Below, one piece after another: positions 29,209 to 38,107 of a DNA stretch of 64,000 bases; position 1 is the first letter of the stretch, and each line of letters opens with the position of its first letter. The DNA comes from an uncultured Gammaproteobacteria bacterium (GTDB taxonomy: Bacteria > Patescibacteriota > Microgenomatia > Daviesbacterales > UBA10151). Location: NCBI GenBank assembly GCA_964393525.1, contig CAYMTV010000001.1:1545-65544 (forward strand), in the 5' to 3' direction. Position numbers and translations under genes: made by a program. The notes under the pieces were generated by a model that searched no databases, was not told the DNA's origin, and saw only the letters and a program-made list of their open reading frames with translations.

Positions 29209-30276
29209 TTGTCCGAAAATGTCCAAATTAATATGGATTTATGGCTGATTTTTATTACCGGTTTAACAGTAGGAGGTTTAACTTGTTTAGTAGTTCAAGG
29301 CGGACTGCTGGCTTCGGTCATAGCTTCCCGGGAAAAGGATGATTTAGAGGTTAAAAAAGATAACCATCATCCGATCTGGGAAGTTACCTCGTTTGTTATT
29401 GCAAAATTCATAGCCTACACTTTGTTAGGGTTTTTCTTGGGAATTTTTGGCCAGTCAATTGCACTTTCGGATTCAACCCGGGCAACGATCCAAATTTTTG
29501 CCGGAATCTATATGATTTTAGTTGCGTTTAACCTCTTTAATTTGCACCCAATTTTTAGATATGTTATCCCCCAGCCGCCAAAATTTATCTACCTACTAAT
29601 AAGAAATAAGTCCAAAAGTGAAGACCTTTTTGCTCCGGCCCTTTTGGGGGTTTTTACCATTTTTATACCATGCGGTACAACTTTGGCAATGGAGGCTTTG
29701 GCAATCAGCAGCGCAAATCCTCTTACCGGTGCAATGATCATGGGGGTATTTACCTTGGCAACTACACCATTTTTCCTGGGACTTGGGATTTTAACCCAGA
29801 AAATGGGTGAAGTTTTTAAGGTCAGGTTTTTAAAGTTGGCAGCCATTGTAGTAACTTATTTAGGGTTATCCTCGGTAAATGGGGGGTTAATAATTTTAAA
29901 TTCCCCGGTAACTTTACAAAGTATTGCCGCCGCGTCTCCTGTCCAGATCGATTTCTCCGGAGGGGAGGAATCGACCCAAGGCAATAATTTAAGCGGTGGG
30001 TTGATAGATGGAGTGAGGTCGGTAGATATCAACATTAAGTCGGGAGGTTATTCACCTTCCTATATCAGGGTACAAAAAGATGAGCCGGTTAAGTTAAATC
30101 TGATTAGTCAGGGAGCATTCAGCTGTGCGTTGGCATTTAGGATACCGGCCTTAGGTATAGCCAAGAATTTAAAACCAACGGGTAGGGATTCAGTGGAATT
30201 TACCCCTACTCGAAGCGGCAGAATAACTTATGCTTGTTCAATGGGTATGTATACAGGCACGATAGAAGTGATTTAA
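29209..30276 (+). CDS. CcdA/DsbD_2-like membrane protein fused to C-terminal cupredoxin-like domain
   Basis: About 6 TM helices with Cys in TM1 (LTCLV) and TM4 (IPCGT). The C-terminal KLNLI...FSCALAF...YACSMGMYTGTIEV is homologous to the 25734 ORF. Confidence 0.45.
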   Translation: MSENVQINMDLWLIFITGLTVGGLTCLVVQGGLLASVIASREKDDLEVKKDNHHPIWEVTSFVIAKFIAYTLLGFFLGIFGQSIALSDSTRATIQIFAGIYMILVAFNLFNLHPIFRYVIPQPPKFIYLLIRNKSKSEDLFAPALLGVFTIFIPCGTTLAMEALAISSANPLTGAMIMGVFTLATTPFFLGLGILTQKMGEVFKVRFLKLAAIVVTYLGLSSVNGGLIILNSPVTLQSIAAASPVQIDFSGGEESTQGNNLSGGLIDGVRSVDINIKSGGYSPSYIRVQKDEPVKLNLISQGAFSCALAFRIPALGIAKNLKPTGRDSVEFTPTRSGRITYACSMGMYTGTIEVI

Positions 30277-30280
30277 AAAT

Positions 30281-30493
30281 ATGGCAAAAAAGAAGTTCAA
30301 AATTGATGGGATGCATTGCAACTCATGCGCCATGTCAATAGACATGGATCTGGAGGATTTGGATGGAGTTAAGCAATCTAACACAAGCTATGCAAAATCG
30401 GAAACAGAAGTTGAATTCGACCAGTCAACAGTTGATGAAAAGCAAATTTTGGACTCTATTAAAAAAACCGGATATGAGGCTAAAATTATCTAA
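30281..30493 (+). CDS. copZ: Copper chaperone (HMA domain)
   Basis: GMHCNSC metal-binding motif, 70 aa. Confidence 0.8.
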   Translation: MAKKKFKIDGMHCNSCAMSIDMDLEDLDGVKQSNTSYAKSETEVEFDQSTVDEKQILDSIKKTGYEAKII

Positions 30494-31432
30494 GTGACTT
30501 CCATAAATTTTGATCCAGATAAAGAATTTTCCATCTTCCGGGCCGTTTTGGAGAAGCGCCCGGAGATAAACCCCAAGCAACTTAAAAAAGATTTAGAAAT
30601 TTATTATCTTCCTTACTTAAACAAGTTAATCGATTTAAAAAAACAAAAAGATGATCCCCGGGAGGGTCTAATTATTGGTGTTTCTGCGATTCAAGGAACA
30701 GGCAAAACCACCCAGGGGGAGATTTTAGAGATATTGCTTAAGCATTTAGGTTTTTCCTCGGTTAGCCTGTCAATTGACGATCATTACCTGACCCATGAGC
30801 AATTAAATGAGCTTAGAGAGTTTGATCCCAGATATATCAGAAGAGGAGTAACTCACGATATCTATCTGGCAATGGAAAATCTGAAAGCACTTAAAGAAAT
30901 GAAAGATGGTGAAGAAGTAAAGGTTCCAATTTACGATAAGGGTGCAGAAGGGGGTGATGGTGACTGGGTTGGTTGGAAGACGGTTACGAAAAAACCTGAT
31001 TTTATCTTTTATGACGGCTGGATGCTTGGAGCAAGAAGAGTTGAAGATGAATCCATTTTTGCAAGTGGCTTGCCTGGACTGGATAGCCCTGAACATATTC
31101 AGTTTGCCAAAGATATAAATAAAAAGCTGGATGAGTATTTGCCACTTTGGGATTTAATTGAATTTATGAATGTGTTATATGTCCCAAATTATGAGTGGAG
31201 TTTAAAATGGAGGGATCAGGCAGAGGATGTTTTAAGAGCCCAGGGAAAAGGCATGTCTCATGAGGAAATTAGGGAATTTATCTATTATTTTTGGCGCTCT
31301 GTCCATCCCGGAATTCAGATTAAAAATCTGGCTCAAGACAAAGAACATACAGATCAGGTGGTAATAATAAATGAGGATCATTCAACCAAAGAAGTATTAA
31401 CCCCAGAAGAAGTAAAAATTAAGTATCCTTAA
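30494..31432 (+). CDS. P-loop kinase of the PRK/uridine kinase/glycerate kinase-like family
   Basis: Walker A GVSAIQGTGKTT near the N-terminus and a 312-aa kinase-like fold. The substrate is unclear. Confidence 0.5.
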   Translation: MTSINFDPDKEFSIFRAVLEKRPEINPKQLKKDLEIYYLPYLNKLIDLKKQKDDPREGLIIGVSAIQGTGKTTQGEILEILLKHLGFSSVSLSIDDHYLTHEQLNELREFDPRYIRRGVTHDIYLAMENLKALKEMKDGEEVKVPIYDKGAEGGDGDWVGWKTVTKKPDFIFYDGWMLGARRVEDESIFASGLPGLDSPEHIQFAKDINKKLDEYLPLWDLIEFMNVLYVPNYEWSLKWRDQAEDVLRAQGKGMSHEEIREFIYYFWRSVHPGIQIKNLAQDKEHTDQVVIINEDHSTKEVLTPEEVKIKYP

Positions 31433-31440
31433 TTGTTTTT

Positions 31441-31465
31441 TTCAACTATACGCTATACGCTATTA
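31441..31465 (+). promoter_or_regulatory. Conserved upstream motif TTTTTCAACTATACGCTATACGCTA (copy 2)
   Basis: Identical 25-mer to 21045-21069, about 15 nt upstream of the PfkB kinase ATG. Confidence 0.45.
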
Positions 31466-31480
31466 TCTATACACTAATCT

Positions 31481-32461
31481 ATGTTTGACCTAATTTCCAT
31501 TGGTGATGTGGTAATTGATACTTTTGTCCACCTGACAGAGGCGGAAATTATTAGTAAGGATGGGGAAAATTTACTTGCCCTGCCTTTTGGCAGGAAAATT
31601 CCGATTAAACCTGAAAGCCAGTCATTGGTTGGAGGCAATGCAGCCAATAACGCGGTTGGGGCTTCAAGGCTTGGGTTAAAAACCGCCATTTATACCAATG
31701 TTGGCAGTAAAGACGATGATTTTGCAGATGATAGGATTATCGCAAAACTTAAAAAAGAAGGAGTAGATATAAGATATGTTGTTGAAAATCACGATCTCCC
31801 TTCAAATCACAATATAATTTTAGAGTTTGAGGAAGAACGGACGATCCTTATTAACCATCAACCCTGGAAATTTAACCTTCCGGACTTAGATCGCGCAAAG
31901 TGGGTTTATTTAACCTCACTTGGGCCAACATTTATTGAGTCAAACTTTACTGAGCAAGTAATAAACTATATTCAAAGATCAGGCGCGAAATTAGCTTATC
32001 AACCTGGTACTCATCAGATTAAATTAGGGGTTAAAAAGAATGCCAAGCTTTTGTCCTTGGCAGATTTCTTTATAGTTAACCTGGACGAAGCAAAGCATAT
32101 CTTGGGACACGCTAATGGATCAGTAAAAAAGCTTTTGAAGGGTTTAGCAGATTTAGGGCCAAGAAAAGTAGTAATTACAGACGGCAGAAGCGGTTCGTAT
32201 GGGTTCGATGGAGAAAGATATTACCAGTTGGATTGTTTTCCAGCCAAACTTCTTCAGATGACAGGGGCAGGAGATGCATATGCCTCAGGTACTGTTGCCG
32301 GGCTTATTCATGGAGAAACCTTAGCGAAGGCAATGCGTTGGGGTGCTGCCAATAGCGCCTCAGTAGTTGAACAAATGGGTCCACAAAATGGATTACTAAC
32401 TTATCACAAAATGCAGGAGAAGATAAAAGAAAATTCAAAAATCGTTGCTAAGGAAATCTAA
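31481..32461 (+). CDS. PfkB-family carbohydrate kinase (ribokinase-like)
   Basis: TGAGDAYASG (PfkB signature 2) and an N-terminal GG motif, 326 aa. Confidence 0.8.
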   Translation: MFDLISIGDVVIDTFVHLTEAEIISKDGENLLALPFGRKIPIKPESQSLVGGNAANNAVGASRLGLKTAIYTNVGSKDDDFADDRIIAKLKKEGVDIRYVVENHDLPSNHNIILEFEEERTILINHQPWKFNLPDLDRAKWVYLTSLGPTFIESNFTEQVINYIQRSGAKLAYQPGTHQIKLGVKKNAKLLSLADFFIVNLDEAKHILGHANGSVKKLLKGLADLGPRKVVITDGRSGSYGFDGERYYQLDCFPAKLLQMTGAGDAYASGTVAGLIHGETLAKAMRWGAANSASVVEQMGPQNGLLTYHKMQEKIKENSKIVAKEI

Positions 32462-33225
32462 GGTGAAGAAGAGGGCGTAGGGGATGGAGCTGGCGATGAA
32501 GAAGGGGAAGGTGTGGGAGCTGGTGGAGTCGAAGTCTCTGTAACACTCACTTTTCCGGTACAAACCCCGGATTCTATACCGGAAACGTTAGCTTTAAGTT
32601 GCATCCTGACTGTGTATTCCCCTGTTTGATTATAAGTATGACTTACATGTTGGCTTGAAGTGTCATAAGGCGTGTCCCAAACATTATTTCCGTCAAAATC
32701 CCATTGGATTTCTTTTACATAAATGTCCATCCCCGCAGAATTGTAAAAACTGGCGGCATAAACAAATTCAATATTTAAAGGAGCCGGGCCGCTATTTTTA
32801 TTGTCTTTGTAGGAAACTTCACATTCGACCCTCGGTCCAGAACTTGCTTGGGTTGATGGTGAAGCGGTGGGATTTGAGGTAGGGGTTGGTGTGCTTTGAG
32901 GGGTAGAGGTTGCAGTGGGCGTTGGCAAAGTTACTACTGAAGCCTTAACAACTTTTTTAAATGGTTTTTCTGTAGGTTTTGAGGTTGGAGTAGGTGATGG
33001 AGTGGTGGTTGGAGATGGAGTTGGGCTTGGGGTAGGAGTTATCTCGATTGTTACAGATTTTACCTCGCCTTTTCTCAAGCCTTGAATGTAAAATCCACCG
33101 CTGGTTAAAGTTGCAGCTGAAATTACTACTAATACTAGTGCTAATGGGTTAGGGATTAGCTTGTCCAAAATCTCTTTCATTTTCGCAAGAAAAGAAGCCG
33201 ACTCATAAATGTCAGGAAACCTCAT
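32458..33225 (-). CDS. Surface protein with PT-rich linker and PKD domain
   Basis: N-terminal TM helix, a TPTPSPTPSPTTTPSP linker, and a PKD core with WDFDGNN...HTY...GEYTV. Confidence 0.6.
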   Translation of the reverse strand: MRFPDIYESASFLAKMKEILDKLIPNPLALVLVVISAATLTSGGFYIQGLRKGEVKSVTIEITPTPSPTPSPTTTPSPTPTSKPTEKPFKKVVKASVVTLPTPTATSTPQSTPTPTSNPTASPSTQASSGPRVECEVSYKDNKNSGPAPLNIEFVYAASFYNSAGMDIYVKEIQWDFDGNNVWDTPYDTSSQHVSHTYNQTGEYTVRMQLKANVSGIESGVCTGKVSVTETSTPPAPTPSPSSSPAPSPTPSSSP

Positions 33226-33290
33226 TCTTCCGTGGATGAGGAGGCTTCATTTTTGGATATTAGTTTTTAAAAATGTGAATGTCAATATTT

Positions 33291-33309
33291 TTAGGCTTGA
33301 CAAAAAGCC
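33291..33309 (+). promoter_or_regulatory. Palindrome GACAAAAAG-C-CTTTTTGTC overlapping a TTGACA -35 box
   Basis: Perfect 9-bp arms in the divergent promoter region between the PKD and protease genes. Confidence 0.3.
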
Positions 33310-33332
33310 TTTTTGTCTTGTAGTCTTACGCT

Positions 33333-34397
33333 ATGGCAAGGGGCAGGAAAAGAAAAAATCAAAAAGAGCAAAGTGATTTTAACCAGGACGAATTTGAAGA
33401 AATAACTCTTCCAACAGAAGTTCCCTCAACCGATGAAACCGATATAGATCTTTTTGCTGCCAAAGAGAAATTGGAGCAGCAACTAATCCTAAATGTTACC
33501 GAGCAGGCTCTATCTGCCCAAAGCGGAACAGAAGCTTATGGTTTTGAAAATATCGTTGGGGTTGGCATCTCGGAAAAAATAACCGGACGAAGGTACACCG
33601 GCGAAAAATGTATCGCAGTTTATGTTGTCTCAAAAGAACCCGAAGATGAGATAGATCAGGCAGCCTTAGTCCCCAAAGAAATAGATGGTGTACCAACCGA
33701 TGTTGTAGAAACAGGCGAGCTTCAGGCTTTTCCTCACCGTGGCAGATACAGACCTGCCCCGGGCGGTGTGTCCATTGGACATTTTAAGATTACAGCCGGA
33801 ACTTTAGGCTGTCTGGTTAAAAGAGGAAATCAGTTGTTCATTTTGAGTAATAATCATGTTCTGGCAAATTCCAATCAGGCTAAGATTGGGGATCTGATAA
33901 TGCAGCCCGGCCCATTTGATGGAGGGGTTTCCGCGGGAAACATTATAGGCAGGCTGTCGGAATTTGTTCCGATCAATTTTTCCGGAGGAGTAAACTTGGT
34001 TGATGCAGCTATTGCCCAGACAAACTCAAACTTAGTAGTCCCGGAAAGTAAATGCTTCGGCAAAATCAGCTCCAATGTACAAAACTGCCAGATGTGGATG
34101 GTTGTTAAAAAATGCGGCCGTACGACCCAAACTACCCGAGGCATAATTATAGATTGCAATGCTACGTTGAGGGTAGGTTACGGCACGCAAGGCACGGCAA
34201 TATTTCAAAACCAGATTATCGTTGTCGGAGTTCCCGGAATTGCCCCGTTCAGCCAACCTGGAGATTCCGGTTCCCTGGTTATCTCCCAGTTTGGCAACAG
34301 ACCGGTGGGGCTTCTTTTTGCCGGCAGCTCAATTGTTACAATTGCCAGTCCAATTCAAGCTGTGCTGTCTTCATTTAATATAAGTATAGTAAGTTAA
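33333..34397 (+). CDS. S1 (chymotrypsin-fold) serine peptidase with N-terminal propeptide
   Basis: Catalytic triad in canonical order: SNNHVLA (His), LVDAAIA (Asp), GDSGS (Ser). An N-terminal region of about 130 aa is acidic and propeptide-like. Confidence 0.7.
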   Translation: MARGRKRKNQKEQSDFNQDEFEEITLPTEVPSTDETDIDLFAAKEKLEQQLILNVTEQALSAQSGTEAYGFENIVGVGISEKITGRRYTGEKCIAVYVVSKEPEDEIDQAALVPKEIDGVPTDVVETGELQAFPHRGRYRPAPGGVSIGHFKITAGTLGCLVKRGNQLFILSNNHVLANSNQAKIGDLIMQPGPFDGGVSAGNIIGRLSEFVPINFSGGVNLVDAAIAQTNSNLVVPESKCFGKISSNVQNCQMWMVVKKCGRTTQTTRGIIIDCNATLRVGYGTQGTAIFQNQIIVVGVPGIAPFSQPGDSGSLVISQFGNRPVGLLFAGSSIVTIASPIQAVLSSFNISIVS

Positions 34398-34457
34398 GCT
34401 TTCAATCTGTTAGGAATATTTATTTAAGAAAGCCAATCTAACGCAACTTGTATGCAC

Positions 34458-34490
34458 ATGCATATAGTTTGCTCAATTAAACAATTATGT
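34458..34490 (+). promoter_or_regulatory. Palindromic motif GCAACT-TGTATGCACATGCATATA-GTTTGCTCAAT (copy 1)
   Basis: Near-identical element at 55996-56029. The core ATGCACRTGCAT is palindromic. Confidence 0.4.
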
Positions 34491-34521
34491 ATAGACTTGA
34501 GTCTTTTAGTAAAATTTATCT

Positions 34522-34734
34522 ATGAATAAGATCCAGCAGATAAAGGAAAAATATGAAATGGAGTGGATGAAAATTCCAGGGGTGGAAGGAGTAGGAATCA
34601 CACGGGAGAATAATGAACATGTCATTATTGTTTACTCTTCCAAGGACCTCAAAAAAATAAAAAACCAAATCCCCTCTGAAGTTGAAGGCCATAAGATAAT
34701 CTTCAAACAAACCGGTGAATTTCAGGCATTTTGA
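34522..34734 (+). CDS. Small protein paralogous to the protease propeptide
   Basis: 70-aa sequence that aligns to protease residues ~75-133 (GVxGVGI..VY..SK...IP.E.G). It ends with TGEFQAF, against TGELQAF at the protease pro/mature junction. Confidence 0.5.
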   Translation: MNKIQQIKEKYEMEWMKIPGVEGVGITRENNEHVIIVYSSKDLKKIKNQIPSEVEGHKIIFKQTGEFQAF

Positions 34735-34750
34735 GTGTTAAGATTAATTA

Positions 34751-35578
34751 ATGGATCTTTCCCAATTTACCAGAAACGGTAAATTTTTGATGCTGGCACT
34801 GGATCATAGAGGAAGTTTTAAGAAATTAATAAGCCCCAGTGATCCGGATTCAGTGCTTGATGAAGAGGTGATTAACCTAAAATCCAAAATTATAAATTCA
34901 GTTGAAAGCGAGTTAAGTGGTATTTTAATAGATGAAGTGTTTGGACTCAAGGCTTACCCGCAAAGATCAAAGCCTTTTTTACTGCCGGTTGAAGAAACAG
35001 GTTACACCGAAGAAAAAGGCGAGAGGCTGACAAAGCTTGAATATACAATCGATCAGCTAAAGGAATGCGGTGCATCAGGTGCAAAACTGCTTTTATACTT
35101 TAACCCTTTTTTAGAAAGTAAGGAAAAGCAACTGGAAACTGCCAAAAAAGTGATAGATGAGTGCAGGCAAAAAGATTATCCGGTTTTTTTGGAAATTGTG
35201 ACCTACGAGCCGGATCATGATGTAACTGGAGAGGAAAGGGAAAGATTGGTTATTGAGTCATTAAAGCTTTTTAAATCAAGGAATATTCTGCCGGATGTAT
35301 TTAAAATTGAGTATCCGGGAAGCTCTGTTGCCTGTTTTACGGTAACAGCAATCCTAGAAGATCTTCCGTGGATTCTGCTTACCCGAGGTGTAAATTTTGA
35401 GGAATTTAAGTTTCAGCTTGAAGAAGCATCTGTTCGGGGAGTAAAGGGGTTTTTAGCAGGAAGAGCTCTTTGGCAGGAAGTTTGTACCATACAAAGTGAA
35501 GATAAGGACAAATTTTTAAAAGAAACTTTGCCAAACCGTTTTAAAATAATTTCTGATATTTGTACTAAAAATGAATAA
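34751..35578 (+). CDS. Class I aldolase of the LacD/DhnA family (tagatose- or fructose-bisphosphate aldolase-like)
   Basis: N-terminal FLMLALDHRGSFKK resembles the LacD ALAFDQRGAL motif. TIM-barrel length of 275 aa. Confidence 0.55.
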   Translation: MDLSQFTRNGKFLMLALDHRGSFKKLISPSDPDSVLDEEVINLKSKIINSVESELSGILIDEVFGLKAYPQRSKPFLLPVEETGYTEEKGERLTKLEYTIDQLKECGASGAKLLLYFNPFLESKEKQLETAKKVIDECRQKDYPVFLEIVTYEPDHDVTGEERERLVIESLKLFKSRNILPDVFKIEYPGSSVACFTVTAILEDLPWILLTRGVNFEEFKFQLEEASVRGVKGFLAGRALWQEVCTIQSEDKDKFLKETLPNRFKIISDICTKNE

Positions 35579-35629
35579 GAAATTAAGAAATCTTCTAGGT
35601 TGGTATGGGGTTGCAGCGATTCTTTGAGC

Positions 35630-36184
35630 CTATTTTTTTATAGGTGCCGAAGGTGGAGGCTGCTTCGCACGTTGTTCCCTCAGGGATTGGTTTTTGCCTA
35701 AGCGCATTATTCTTTGAAATTTGCGATTTACAGTTCTATCATTAGGTTTTCGGGGATCTTCAACTACACTGAGACCATTTATAGGTACAGCTATGCGAGG
35801 ATCTGCCGTATAACCCGCATCTCTTACAGCATCTATATTTTCCTGAGATGCAAATCCTCCTACAATGCTTCCTTCAGGAGTAATATAAACTAAACCACCA
35901 CTATTAGAGTAGTATTTTCCTTTTAGATCGGGTTGTCTCAATCTCCCGCCTGGTCTATAAGGTGCCGTATCATTTATATCTCCAATTTCCCCAAAAGCAG
36001 ATTGTCTATGTGAATGTTCTGGAGGTAGGTGCTTGACTCGATCATAAGATTCTTTATCTAAATAAACCCTTAAGCCATCTAGAGTCATGAAATAGCCTCG
36101 TTGGACTGGTTTAATTTCTCTCTGCGGAGGTCCCATCACTTCTGCTAGAGATGGTCCTGAGTCCATTCGGGGTTCTTGGCTCAT
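35630..36184 (-). CDS. Hypothetical protein
   Basis: 184 aa, basic and Pro-rich, no motif. Local composition looks GC-richer than its neighbours, by eye. Confidence 0.4.
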   Translation of the reverse strand: MSQEPRMDSGPSLAEVMGPPQREIKPVQRGYFMTLDGLRVYLDKESYDRVKHLPPEHSHRQSAFGEIGDINDTAPYRPGGRLRQPDLKGKYYSNSGGLVYITPEGSIVGGFASQENIDAVRDAGYTADPRIAVPINGLSVVEDPRKPNDRTVNRKFQRIMRLGKNQSLREQRAKQPPPSAPIKK

Positions 36185-36266
36185 GGATTAAATATATATT
36201 GAAAGCTAACAAAAGTCAAAGTTAACTGGAGTTAGGATGAATTTAGAACTTAAACGGATTGAAACT

Positions 36267-37007
36267 TTAATGAACGAAGACTTTAGTTCCAGGGTTTTCG
36301 GCAGTTGCTCGGATAGCATTTGTCCCCTCTGAGACAACAGGTCCTGCCCAGTTAAAAATCTCGGCGGCATTGGCTAAAGGCTCATTAACACAGCCATGGC
36401 TCATTGGCTGGCCAAAGTTATTGTGCCAGTAAGCACCGTGCAGCGCGTAGCCCTTGTGAAAAAACATATTATGCGGAACATTAGGAAGATAATAATAAGT
36501 TCCCAATTCTTTTGATCCGCCTGACATTAACTGACTTCTGGTTTTATACCAGATATAAAAAGTCCCTGTTGGGGTTGGAGCCCATTTGCCTGAAGAAACG
36601 GGAAATTCCATCACAATTTTTTCTCCCTCCCAGGCTCTGACTTTTTGCTCCTCAAGCGATACCTCAACCCACTTTTCTTCGCCCTTTTCATTTACGGTTC
36701 CTAAAACATTCTTATCTTGGGTACTTGGGGCAATGTTATTATAAGCCAAAGAAGTTTTTGGGTAATCAATTACCTGATTATTAAATATAGCCACACTTGC
36801 CGCTTCATCAAACTCTCCGCTAGACTTTAGGATTTCTTTTTCATCACAACAGGATGTTGTTTGGTCCCCGGACACCCCCAGTTTATAAACGATTTCCCTT
36901 CTTAAAGGCGTATAAAAAAACGCACTAATTAAAAATACCACCAAAATTAACAGGGGCAGCAGGCGGTACATATTTATATTGTGGAGTGTGCTAAGATAAT
37001 AAGTCAA
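36267..37007 (-). CDS. L,D-transpeptidase (YkuD domain), membrane-anchored
   Basis: Catalytic HGxxW...SHGCVN motif (YALHGAYWHNNFGQPMSHGCVNEP) and an N-terminal TM helix. Confidence 0.75.
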   Translation of the reverse strand: MTYYLSTLHNINMYRLLPLLILVVFLISAFFYTPLRREIVYKLGVSGDQTTSCCDEKEILKSSGEFDEAASVAIFNNQVIDYPKTSLAYNNIAPSTQDKNVLGTVNEKGEEKWVEVSLEEQKVRAWEGEKIVMEFPVSSGKWAPTPTGTFYIWYKTRSQLMSGGSKELGTYYYLPNVPHNMFFHKGYALHGAYWHNNFGQPMSHGCVNEPLANAAEIFNWAGPVVSEGTNAIRATAENPGTKVFVH

Positions 37008-37018
37008 TAATTAACTTC

Positions 37019-38107
37019 ATGCATTGGTTTTTTAAGCTGGTCCTTTTTTTAATCCCGCCTTTATTTTTCTGGGTTGTTTTTGCGCTGGTATTACCGAAGG
37101 TGTTACCCACAGAATATCGTTCAAATACCGAAGTTTCAGGCTGGTTAATCAGAAACCAGGTATGGGAAGGAACAATCAGAATCAGCGGTGATTTGATTAC
37201 CTCGCAGGCAACAACTATAACCCTCAAACCCGGGACAATTGTTTTGGTTTCATCGGGCAATGATAATTTCAATTTTGATTTATTGCCATGGCACCTTAAA
37301 GAGGGTATCAATACCTCTATAGAAAACCATGGAGTAAAACCTGGAGAGCCTTTTTGGGATGAGGCAGACAAAGTTCAGCTTCATATCGGCCGGATAATAG
37401 CGCTTGGTACCAAAGAACAACCCATTATCATAAAATCCGACACTTCGATGGGGAGTCCCTACGACGTTAATGTTATAAATATAAAAAGTGGAATCCTGTC
37501 AAATGTTAACCTCTCAAACTATAGAAGGCTTGAAATCGGGGACAAAATTACAATAAGGGATTCAGGTTTTAGAGATATTGGAGAATGTGCGGTATGCATA
37601 AGTCGCGGATCACCGGTAATCTTGAATAATAAATTTGAAAAAATACTAAGGGAGGCAGTTTGGGTTCAGGGTGCGTCGCCTCAAATCAAAAATAATCTTT
37701 TTATTAATTTATCCGGAGCCGGCATCAGAGTTGATCCGCAAAGATTTGGGGATTTGGCTATATTAAACAATAGCTTTGAAATGCCCAACCAGGTTGCCTT
37801 AGATATTTTAGGTGGGGATGAAGAGGATCCCGGGACTATTGCCTTAAACCTCTTTTCCGGCAATAGTCTTATTAAGATGCCCTGCGACTCTAAGATTAGA
37901 TTTATTCAAAATAACATGGGAGGTTTGATTTCATTTTATAAAGGGGGTTGCAGCGGATCTTATATTTTTGGAGGGAATTACTGGGGGGGTGCTGACGCTA
38001 AAACAGTTTTGGCGGAGAAAATCATGAACAAAGAGAAGGGTTTTAGTATTACAATCCCATTTATATTGAGAGAGCCTGTTAAAAATGCCGGAAGGAAAGA
38101 TGACTGA
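37019..38107 (+). CDS. Secreted right-handed beta-helix (PbH1) repeat protein
   Basis: N-terminal TM/signal and repeated NNxF..N / ISRGSPVILNN-type beta-helix turns. Confidence 0.5.
   Translation: MHWFFKLVLFLIPPLFFWVVFALVLPKVLPTEYRSNTEVSGWLIRNQVWEGTIRISGDLITSQATTITLKPGTIVLVSSGNDNFNFDLLPWHLKEGINTSIENHGVKPGEPFWDEADKVQLHIGRIIALGTKEQPIIIKSDTSMGSPYDVNVINIKSGILSNVNLSNYRRLEIGDKITIRDSGFRDIGECAVCISRGSPVILNNKFEKILREAVWVQGASPQIKNNLFINLSGAGIRVDPQRFGDLAILNNSFEMPNQVALDILGGDEEDPGTIALNLFSGNSLIKMPCDSKIRFIQNNMGGLISFYKGGCSGSYIFGGNYWGGADAKTVLAEKIMNKEKGFSITIPFILREPVKNAGRKDD

Noticed and set aside
36991-37371. 126-aa minus-strand ORF
   Set aside because: It overlaps the start of the beta-helix protein gene and the Ldt start region, and has no coding signal.
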